Of a stretch of 64,000 bases of DNA, positions 10,901 through 22,900 are shown in pieces; positions within the stretch are counted from its first letter, which is position 1; every line of letters begins with the position of its first letter. The stretch is taken from assembly GCA_002633005.1 (NCBI GenBank), contig NMRA01000243.1:264280-328279 (forward strand), written 5' to 3'. The notes beneath the pieces were generated by a model. The model was not told where the DNA came from. It saw nothing but the letters and a program-made list of their open reading frames with translations, and did not search any database. This stretch comes from Phoronis australis (Eukaryota; Animalia; Phoronida). The translations under genes and the position numbers were made by a program.

Positions 10901-13900
10901 AAAGCCATATTGTCTGAAAATTTGATATGAATCTGATCAGCCATTTCTGAGATGATGCTTTTTTCTTAATTCTCACCAGGGGCGGATCCAGGATTTTGAG
11001 TTAGGGAGGGCCAGGGCAGAGTGTTAGCCAGGATTTTGGCCGTCAGACATTCACACCTCCGAACTGCCAAATGGAATCTGGGAGAATTTTTGTAGGGCCA
11101 TTTTCTTTTCAGTCTTGATGTGTAAAGGCTTGAGACATGTTTTGTGTGGTTGAGTGAGCTGATTTTTAAGTAGCGAGCAAAGATGAAAAGCTCTGTTTGA
11201 AAATTTATTTCAGAAAGTCTAATGTAGCATTCTCACCAGGCTTTTTGAACATGTTGGACCACCACACTAAACTTTGACCACCGCACTTAAATTTTGATTG
11301 ATTGTCATGTCAATCATGACTATACGGTGCTTTTGTATGTGATCTTAACCTATAAAAAGTTCCATCAGTGATGTTACATTGTTGTGTCTGATGCTCTCTA
11401 TAGTCTGGATTTTACAGATTTATAGAAATAATTACCCAATTATGACTAATTATTAAAAAAAATTAATCAGAAATACTGAACACAGTGATCTCCCCTTCTG
11501 GATATATCAGAATGTTGGGAGTGACAGTGTTCCATCATTCCCACCGTGTTCAAGTTTAATCCTGGTGAGAACGTTGAGCCTCCACAGCACTGAGGTGTTA
11601 TGTTAGGTGTTTAATAGAGTCTTGAATCTTTGGGGAATTCCTGAACTTATTATGTTTGTCACAAGTTTGTAACACCTCTGGCTCGTATGAAAGTGCTGAT
11701 GATATTTTTAATCCAATTTATTTCAAATATTTAGTTTAGAAGCAGTCATAGAGGCCACTTATGCATTGCAAATTGGCAAGCCAGCTGTTATCGAAGCAGC
11801 CAATCAGGCAGCAGTTAACAGGCTACGCATGGTACCCACCAACTGGTCCCTAGAAGTTGACGAGGAGCTAGCCAAGTTTCTGTGTGAACATAGGGAGCCC
11901 CTCAATGAACACTTGGGTGCAATCAAGAACTATGTGGAGGGAATTGACACCTCCTCCTATTGTGTAAGTGTGAACGTCAGGAGTAGCATTGTGTGAAATA
12001 GCTTCGTCAGTTTAGAGCATGATATAACAGAAAAGAAACATTAGTTTTGTTGACAAATTTCTTTGATGATGAAAAAATGACTGTTTGTATGTGCCCATAA
12101 ATATGTGCCGGGGGTGAGTGTCATTATGCTGTCCACTATATTTCCAAAACGCCTCGATGTTTGTGAAATTTTGTTTTTTATTTTCCCAGCCAGTATGACA
12201 CTGAGTTCTTTGATGTGTTTTTATGAAAATTGTAAATACTTAAGTTTCTATTACAGAAGTGACAACTCCTTCCCATTTTCAGATGTATTTTACATAATCT
12301 GTGCTCCTAGTGGCCGTTTTTATTATTTTTTTGTTAACTTTGTTTTTTGGCATTCACCAAACCACCTTGAGAATCAGGAAATTTCCAGTATGTGTTCCTA
12401 TTGAGAGGATCAAAGCTGACATTGATTTTCGCACTGGTCAAACAACTTTAGTGTCCCCTAAGGCAATTTAGGTTTTATTTTCATCGACTTTACCAAGCTC
12501 AATGGATATTCCTGAAATTTTTCACTACATACCCATTTTTGGACGGATTTAACATATTCTGCACTCCCTAACCATCATTTTTTAGCATTAGTCTATTTTT
12601 GGTGTCCTCTTTTGTATCTGTTAAAGCGGTAAAATGATCATTACGAAATTTTACAGGTGGGTTCCAACCGAGATCATGATGGCTGACATAGATTTTCAGA
12701 TGTGTCCAACTACTGTGTTGCCTCTAGTGGCAATTTTTTTGTGCTTATGTCTCAATATCTATGAAGTTCCTTGATGTTTCATCATGAAATTTGAAATTAT
12801 GTGTTTCAATTTAGGAGACTAGGCCTGACCTTGATTTTGGGACTAGTCAGGCCCCTGTGTATCCTCTGGTTGCAATCTTGTGCCTTTGGCTCTATTTCTG
12901 CCAAGTTTCTTGAGGAATGTTCGCGAAGTTTGATAAAGAAGTCTATCAAATTTCAGTGAAATCACTTAGGGCATATACATTTTTGTAGTTTAAATAAGTT
13001 CCAGTCAGAGTTTAACAAGATGTTATTGCTCTGCACTAATCACTAATTTTTTGTTTGTGAATGGTCTTGTAATAACAGGTAATTTATCACAATTTTGACG
13101 AAGTGTGTGGAGAAACACTGGCTGAGATTTTGGCAGAATGGGCAATGCCACATTCTCCAAGTCTTGCTAAGGATTAAAGATATCTCTTTTTAACCTCCGA
13201 ATAGATTGAGAGCATAAAGCAGCTCGTCTGCTCGGGAGTGTTGATGTGATAAGAGCCTCCCGAGATTTACTTGAATACAGGCATTTTCCTTGCCTCACTG
13301 GCGACACCTAGTGAATGACAAGCTCCCCTTTGACTGGGTTCTAGTAAAAAAAAAACAAAAAAATGGCGCTTATAATTGTTGTTTTGTGTTTTGAAACTTC
13401 ATTGAATTTCAACATTGTCCAGTTTATTTTGAAAAGTACGGTAGGCTTTGCGTCATAGGATAAGTAACTTAGCAGCGATTAACAGCAGCACCCGTAATGT
13501 GTAAGTGATAAAGTAAAATTGATGGTTTGTTATTGAAAAAATCGTGTTTTGATGAACATCAAGGTTTAAAAGGCAACTGAACAGGTGTTTGTCACTGACA
13601 GCTGTTTTTTCTCTTTAGGAAGAAGACAGTGCACGCAATGTAACAGATGGTGAGCCTGACACCTATTGGGAAAGTGATGGAACTCAGGGAGCTCACTGGA
13701 TTCGGTTAAAAATGAAGAAAGGAACTATAATCAAGTTTGTATCGGAGCAACAAGGTTGTGTAACGTTGTGTGAACCAGCCAAACTTTATGTGCCTAACAC
13801 ATGAATTTTGACTGATGTTTGAAATTAGGTACACATCGCCATCATCTTTATTTATGTAACTTGGAAAGTGTCTTATTCTGACTGCCTACTAAACCTTTAA

Positions 13901-16900
13901 AGGATTGTAATGTAATGTACTTGCTGCATTCATATGAAGGAGGAGATGACTGTGAAGTCAAATTGTGCTAAGAAATACTAACTTTTGATTTAGTCCACTT
14001 ATGGTCATAAACTAGTCTTGATTTGTCTTTACTTGGATTGGATTGTGGTTTCTGAGGCCATTATTGCTTAAGGTCTTGCTCGGCACATAAAATGACCCGC
14101 GACAGAGAATAAACGAGTTGAGAGTGGTATGTGGCCCAAATCAAACTTTATTTTTTTGAATAAAGTTGCTGGTTTTTAAATTGTTCCACTTTCGAAATAT
14201 GACATTGCGGAAAAGTACACTTTACTGATGTATAGGCGGTTTTCCAAAAATATGGTAGGTGTTATGTTACACTTGATATCCCTCATAGTTCGTAGAAAAC
14301 TTTGTCATCTCTTGTACCGCTGTTCATAATTTTCTAGAAAGCTATATGTAACACTAGATGGCTCTGACGACAACTATCTGCCTTCGTACATCGTTGTATC
14401 TGGGGGAGAACTGGATAGTATGAAGAAACTCAGTGACGTCCATCTTGATGTGTAAGTCTACTGTCTTACGCAGTTGCTAGGCAACTCTCTGTATCACCAG
14501 CTATGGCAGCTTGTAAGATTGTGAATAGACCTCAGGTGAGGTGATGATGATTTTGATGCAGTTTTGTCAGTCTCCTGAAAGCTCTCTGTGGTCTATAAAT
14601 TGAAAGCCCATAATATGAGATTTTATAAATTCGTTTTTCCAGCTCTACCGCAATTTTATCTGAAATGCAAGCCGCTTTACAGAAGGAATGGAAAAATAAA
14701 GAAACTGTTGATGAAAGCTACCAAAATTGCCAAAAAAATTGAAAATTAAAGGAATGCTGAAAATTTTAAGGAATTTTAGGAGTGTCGGAAAGCCTGTAAA
14801 TAATCACCCTTTGAAATTCCTTCAAATTGATTTAAAAAATTTAATATCACTTGTTTCACAATCTATTCATTCTATTTTCTTCACTTTTGTCAAATATACA
14901 AATTAAAACCACACACAAAGAAGCAAGAGGCATAAAATATTTGAATACGGACGTCACGGGAACTTTTCGCATAGCCAATGACTGTGCTATACCTAGTCCT
15001 TGATGCTGTTTTAAGTAATAGTTTTGCATGACTGTATTTTATTCCAGGAACTTCTCTGAGATAAAAGATGTGGAAGTTCTTGATGACATGACTGAGCATT
15101 ATCCGTACATTGAAATTGCCATCAAGGAATGCAAAGGCTAGTACACTGCAAAGTTGGGTAATAGTCACTTATAGGGGTCCCGCATTTTGGGAACCGGTTT
15201 TCTTCACTGAATAACAAGCACTGGTTCTCAAAATCCGGGACCCCTGTGACTATTGCCCAAAGTTGTGCCTTTATATGGCTGTTATTTGAGATTGTGGTTC
15301 ATTAGTTTAAAAGGGCAGTATGACGCTCTTAAAACAAGATTTGCTGTATAAATGTTAACACATTATTTCTTCTCAATTGCAGTTTATTTTGAAAGATGAC
15401 GATGCAAGAAATGGTTAGGTTCTCTCCAAGGTTGCGTGAATGAATGACTATTTTTTGTTGACTTTGTTTGTAATTTTGTGACAATCTATAACAACATACC
15501 AACTCACCAGTTTGAAAATTCTGTCAGTACTATTTGTTTCCGAGGTCTTTAGAATTTCAAGGTTTGTGCTTGATGTGGTTTTGCAGCGACTTATTTATTC
15601 ATGTCGACCCCGTGTCTCATTTTCTCAGATGAAGGCATAGACTGTCGGATTCACGGCATCAAAATCAAATCGTCGAAGGAGCGTGACTTAGGCCTGTCAC
15701 AGGACCTGTTCAGCCCTGAGCAGCTCGTGAGGTTCCCTAAGCTAGAAGGGTTCACGCCTAGCCAGCTCTACCGACGGTCTCTGTGTTTACTGCGCTTTAT
15801 TGACTTGCTGGACTCAGTCATACAGCTGATGGTGCCTGCTTGGGAGCACTCCATTGGTTCCTACAGTTCACTACAGGTGGGGCTATGTGCCATAAACTGA
15901 CTACTGTGTATGAATAATGCTGCTCAATACTACTGTACTTCTCTCAGATTCTGGGTTACTTTTGCACTTTTGCATGGTTTCATTAACTTAAGAACCTTCT
16001 CAGCAACCGACCTTTTTACGCATGGCAATAGACCTCATATACACAAAGCGTAGTGGGATAGCAGTCACGCCATGCAGCACCTCCAGTAGATATGCTATCT
16101 GTGGTGAGGACTTCATTAATTAGTAGCTTTCTAGCAGCCAGAAGTTGCATAGACGTGACCAGTCTATCCAAAGTCTACTGCCAGCTTATTGATCAGATAA
16201 CCGTCTGCTTGAAACGTTCTGGTTTTAGAGGATTCAACAGTGTCAAATTAGTTGGTGAAATACACTGTAATTCTGACTGGTTTATGGTGTCTGTAAAAAG
16301 GTCATTGTTACTTCGTAGCTGGTTAGTAAACACTCGTAATGCACTAAAATCTGTAAAGTGTCCATAGACATGACTACTGATACAATAAGGATGGAAAGAA
16401 GATACATCAAGTGTCGGCCATCTTGGCTTTAAATATTAGCTTAACAAGGTGACTGCAACAGTGTTGATTTCGGGATGAGTTAGATTATAATGTCACGATG
16501 TATTTGTTTTCTAATTGGCATCAAAGGAACATTAGTAGGCTTACTGCGGAAAAGTGCATTTTTGAATTATTTTTGGATGGGATAGACTTCTTCAAGTTGT
16601 TAGGTTTGACGAGTGCTATAAAAAATCTGTTGTATTTTTGCAATTTTATTACAAATCACCAGTTTTCGCCATTGTCTGTTGGAATTTGCTAAAATCAAGG
16701 CTGGAAATAGATGGCATTGACATCCCCTTGAATTGGCAAAACGACAGGCTTTATGGGGAAATGTTCGACAGTTTGGGACGGAGAAATTAATAAGTTTGAT
16801 CAAGGTCGAAGCTGCTGCCAAATTGGCAATACTGGCGGTCTCAATTTTTAGGAATTACGATTAACGACAAGCAAGCATTCACCTTATATGTAACGCACTT

Positions 16901-19900
16901 TTGTGACAACGCATAAAAACATTGTATCATCGGCTAATTTTGATAATTTTATAATCTGCCTATCCCGACTGTTGATACAAAATGCAGTGTGCTGATGAAT
17001 ATAACTTGAATTTGATTGTTACATACTGGAGAATTTTCATGGTATATTTTAATGTACTATGTAATACTATTCTGACTAAGCAGTGGTTTGCTTCGCTTTA
17101 TAGGTCGTCAAACAACTCCTCATGTTGTCAAAACGAAGAAATGCTCTCATAAGGACTTTCTGCAGGGAGTCGGAAACTGGGTAAATTTTATTTTACATTA
17201 ATGATAAACTGTGCGTTCTAGAGTGTATGCATGGAGATATTAGCAATCTTTCTTTTATCTTGCATGATTTCAACATGGTTTTGCTGGATGTAATGATGGA
17301 CAGGTTACCCGTCTGTGCTGCCTCTTCTCGGCATGGGCGACAGATGGGTGACCTCCCCATAACCCACTGTAGGATTCCGTTTGGCCCTGCCTGGAGCACA
17401 TTGATTGCAATGGAGTTCAGTCTTCAATTTCTGTTGACAAATGAAGGGATGTATCGGAAAAGCTCTTTATTACCAGAGTATTTTGTTCAAGTTGGAAGGA
17501 TTTAAATAATATACAATCTTTGAAGTTGTCCTATGCCTTTAAGGTACTTATAGTGACGTAAGTTTTAAAATGGAACTTGCACGCTAATTCCTTATCTCTG
17601 TGATTGCTTGGTCAAATTAGTTAGAAACACAGCATATAGGAACGATGTGAAATTGAAGAAGGTTGAAAATTGCCAAATGTTTTTTAAGAATGAGTTTGTG
17701 TCGAAAGTGATCCACCATACATTACTCAGCCGTATCCAGTAAGTATCGTGACGTTGTGTTGAGAAATAACACTGTGGGCTATGTGAATCCCCCAAGATAT
17801 GTCATTAGTGCAAAGGTCACCTATTTGCATAATTTTTTTGTTTTCACATTTACAAGACGTCAATGAATACAACTGGACTTTGTTTAGCGTACTAGATGAT
17901 GTTTAAATAGCATTGTCGTTTAGTTCCTGCTATGCGTGAGCATAGTTAGGAGCATGAAAATGCGTCTTTAAGGGTTTAACCAGGGTGAAGCGTTGTTTGC
18001 TGATGAAAATCTTCCGACGCACATATCATGTGAGGATGTGCTGCCACCTATGGTTATGAGGTACATTAAGGGTTCTAGTGTTAGAACATTTCACTTCAGT
18101 TGCAATCTTAATAATAAAAGTGAATTGAACTCATTTCCAACTTGTTTGTGATTGGTCACCAGCTTTTTTGCTTCTGCCGTCTGATTCTCTCATGTTATGA
18201 CAACTCAATTATCGTGCTCTGTACTGTTTCAGCCGACCAGACCGTATGCCCAAACTGTATATAAATCGTCACGCTGCAGCAGAACACAGGGTCAACCCAA
18301 CACTTGATCCCGAGTATAAGAACTCGGTGTTTTCACAGATCTACGAGGGTCTCAAACCAACAAATGCCCGTGTGGAAAAGCAGTTGGATTACAGGTATTT
18401 TGTTTTGTTATTTTTGATGAAAGATCTTGTTTGTGAAGCTCTTTTGTCACAAAAGTGAGCACTGATAGTCATTGTATTATATGTACGGTAAAGTCGCGTG
18501 ATTTTCGGACACTGAAAATTAATTCCAATAGAAAAAATTCATTCTTGGACGAATCTCGCGAAATATCATTTTGTGGTGTCCGAATTTTGCGGACCTCCAA
18601 ATTTGGGTTTCCGCTAGTGTCCGAATTTCGTGGGTGTACATTACTTCGATGAGCGGTCGTAGTATCAACAATGCTGGCTCGGTCATTTGATAGCAGTATA
18701 ATTGCAGGTAAATGAGACTCAAATGGTCTGAGCGATTAATTTTTGAAAATCTGGCTTTCCCAATAAGAAATGTGCGCCGTCGACGCACATAGACCGTTCC
18801 CAACAAGTGTTGGTTCTTCTTTTCAAAGATGTGCTTTCTCAATATGAAATATTCGGCTTGCATTGCCGATGCTCAAAAACCGTTCTCNAAATCGTCGAAG
18901 GAGCGTGACTTAGGCCTGTCACAGGACCTGTTCAGCCCTGAGCAGCTTGTGAGGTTCCCCAAGCTAGAAGGGTTCACGCCTAGCCAGCTCTACCGACGGT
19001 CTCTGTGTTTACTGCGCTTTATTGACCTGCTTGACTCAGTCATACAGCTGATGGTGCCTGCTTGGGAGCACTCCATTGGTTCCTACAGTTCACTACAGGT
19101 GGGGCTATGTGCCATAAACTGACTACTGTGTATGAATAATGTTGCTCAATACTACTGTGCATGTCTGAAATTCTGGGTTACTTTTGAATGGTTTCATTAA
19201 CTTAGAGAACCTTCTCATCAACCCACCTTTTTACACTTCTTGGCAATAGACCTCATATACACAAAGCGTAGTGGGAGAGCAGTCATGTCATGCAGCACCT
19301 CCAGTAGATATGCTGTCTGTGATGAGGACTTCATTAATTAGTAGTATTCTAGCAGCCAGAAGTCTACTGCCAGCTTATTGATCAGATAACCGTCTGCTTG
19401 AGACGTTCTGGGTTAGAGGATTCAACAGTGTCAAATTAGTTGTGAAATACACTGTAATTCTGACTGGTTTATGGTATCTGTAAAAAGGTCATTGTTACTT
19501 AAGTTTGTAGTTGGTTAGTAAACACTCGTAATGCAATGAAATCTGTAAAGTATCCATAGACATGACTACTGGTACAATAAGGATGGAAAGAAGATACATC
19601 ATGTGTCGGCCATCTTGGCTTTAAATATTAGCTTAACAAGGTGACTGCTGCAGTGTTTATTTCGGGATGAGTTAGATTATAATGTTACGGTGTATTTGTT
19701 TTATAATTGGCATCAAAGGAACATTATTAGGCTTACTGCGGAAAAGTGCATTTTTGAATTATTTTTGGATGGGATAGACTTCTTCAAGTTGTTAGGTTTG
19801 ATGAGTGCTATAAAAAATCTGTTGTGTTTTTGCAATTTTATTGCAAATCACCAATTCTCGCCATTGTCTGTTGGAATTTGCTAAAATCAAGGCTGGAAAT

Positions 19901-22900
19901 AGATGGCATTGACATCCCCTTGAATAGGCACAGCGACAGGCTTTATGGGGAAATGTTCGCTAGTTTGGGATGGAGAAATTAATGAGTTTGCTCAAGGTCG
20001 AAGCTGCTACCAAACTGGCAATACTGGCGGTCTCAATTTTAGGAATTACGATTAACGACAAGCAATCATTCACCTTTAGTAAATAAATGTAACGCACTTT
20101 TGTGACAACGCATGAAACATTGTATCAGCGGCTATTTTTGATGATTTTATAATCTGCCTATCCCGACTGTTGATACAAAATGCAATGTGCCGATGAATAT
20201 AGCTTGAATTTGACTGTCACATACTGGAGAGTTTTCATGGTATATTTTTATGTACTATGTAGTACTATTCTGACTAAGCAGTGGTGTGCTTTGCTTTATA
20301 GGTCGTCAAACAGCTTCTCATGTTGTCAAAACGAAGAAATGCTCTCATAAGGACTTTCTGCAGGGAGTCCGAAACTGGGTAAATTAAATTTACATTAATG
20401 ATAAACTGTGCGTTCTAGAGTGTATGCATGGAGATATTAGCAATCTTTCTTTTATCTTGCATGATTTCAACATGGTTTTGGTGGATGTAATCATAGACAG
20501 GGCTCCCGTCTGTGCTGCCTCTTCTCGGCATGGGCGACAGATGGGTGACCTCCCCATAACCCACTGTAGGATTCCGTTTGACCCTGGAGCACATTGATTG
20601 CAATGGAGTTCAGTCTTCAATTTTTGTTGACAAATGAAGGGATGTATCGGAAAAGCTCGTTATTACCGGAGTATTTTGTTCAAGATGAAAGAATTTACAT
20701 AAAATATGCAACCTCTAAAGTTGTCCTATGTCCGTAACATACTTATAGTGACGTAACTTTAGTGGTTTAATCAGGGTGAAATGTGGTTTACTGAAAATCT
20801 TCCGACGCACGTCATGTGAGGATGTGCTGCCACCTATGGTTATGAGGGACATTAAAGGTTCTAGTGTTAGAACATTTCACTTCAGTTGCAATCTAGTAAT
20901 AAAAATGAATTGAACTCATTTCCAACTTGTTTGCGATTGGTCACCAGCTTTTTTGCTTCTGCCGTCTGATTCTCTCACGTTATGACTACCCAATTATCGT
21001 GCTCTGTACTGTTTCAGTCGACCAGACCGTATGCCCAAACTGTATATAAATCGTCACGCTGCAGCAGAACACAGGGTCAACCCAACACTTGACCCCGAGT
21101 ATAAGAACTCGGTGTTTTCACAGATTTACGAGGGTCTCAAACCAACAAATGCCCGTGTGGAAAAGCAGTTGGATTACAGGTATTTTGTTTTACTATTTTT
21201 GATGAAAGATCTTGTTTGTGAAGCTCTTTTGTCACAAAAATGCACAGTCATTGTATTATTTATAGTCAAATCATTGTATATGATAGGGGTGCTTAAACTA
21301 AGCTTTTGAAATTCTGTAGCACAGTTTTTGAGTTTTGAAAAATGCAACTGGTATATTGCCTATCTTTACTCTGCCGGCAACATGAAGAGCTGAGTGATAG
21401 AAAGTATTGTGCTCTGATTAGTACTCTTGAGGTGATGTATTTAATACTCACAGCCTTGCTGCTACCAGTTTGGCAAAATATGCTGGAACTCTACAGTAAT
21501 ACTTAATTACCAATTTTTTTCTAGCCTCCGTGACATAGTGATGGTATGTTTCTCAATGTGTCAAATTGTCTCAAGATCGTGTCATTATTAAATTATTGGA
21601 AATCACTTACGTTTGTCAGTGCAATTTTTCGACTGATTTTCAAGTATTTTGAAATCTAGTTGCTTTTCAAGGGTTGGGCTGTTTGCACTGAAAGTGACCT
21701 CGCTTGGGTGCAGGCTTCTCTGCACCAGTGAAAATAAGAGTATTCTTTTAAGTTGCTGGACCCAAGATGGGCGAATAACATGGCTAAATATGAAATAAAA
21801 CCAGTATTTTGTATATGATACAAAATGACTTAAAATTTTCATCTTAAGCTACATGAATAAGGGAAGATCCAATGACGATGATGTTATTGAAATGTTACAG
21901 ACAGTTAAATTTCACACTGTAGGTGGAGTGCCAAGTTTGATCAATGGTGGGAGTGCAAGTTTGTTTCTGAAGGCATAATCGACCAAGGTGGTGGATTCAG
22001 GGACAGTCTGTCGGATTTAGCTGAGGAACTGTGTCCCTGTGACATGGAGGCACCATTACCGCTACCTTTCTTTGTTAGAGCCCCTAACCAGGTATAATCC
22101 CCTGTAACTCCAGTTTTGAGTGTCCGCAACCCAAAATCAAGCACTGAAGGCTCACTGGCAATAAATAGTCCCAGACGAGTGACTTTTGAATGTGATCAAT
22201 TATCGTTATAAATTTGGACTCAACTTCTGCCTCACTCAGATTAAACGCAATTTCTAGGCTGACAATTGGGTGTTGCTGTATCTGAACTCAGTCTGTGGGG
22301 TATCTATTTATGTGCCAAAAGCATTATGGTGGACAATCAAGTGTATATATATATATTCTGGTTCTGTGATCAAACAGTAGATGGAGCTAGTAGTTTGTGT
22401 GTAGTGGTTAACACATTTTTATTAATCTTTCTTTTGCCTGGTAAACCAAATTTCTTTTGATAGTAAGTGTCACATCAATTCCGTCTTGGCTAAAAGTCAG
22501 TATTATACAGCGGTTTGAAACATAAACCAATGCTTGAGAAGAATCAAATTGAGAATGTTATTTACATGGCTGTACTTCTCAGGTTGTTTTTAGTTACAAT
22601 GAGATTCAATTTAATGTGAAAAAATTGTGCTGTTTCTGATTCAGAAATAATCGGTATGTTCGAGCTCATAAGCGTCTCTGTTTTTTTAGACTCATGAGGA
22701 CTCTAATGTAAACAGAGACATGTATGTACCTAATCCATGCTGTCATGAAAAGGAAAAGTTCTTCTGGATTGGACAGCTGATGGGAGCCTGTCTCAGGGCG
22801 AAGGAAAACTTGGTAATGTTACAGATTTTATAAAGTTTTGGTCTAGCTATTCATTTTTTAAAATGAATAGCTAGAACAAAACTTTATAAAATATGTTAAA

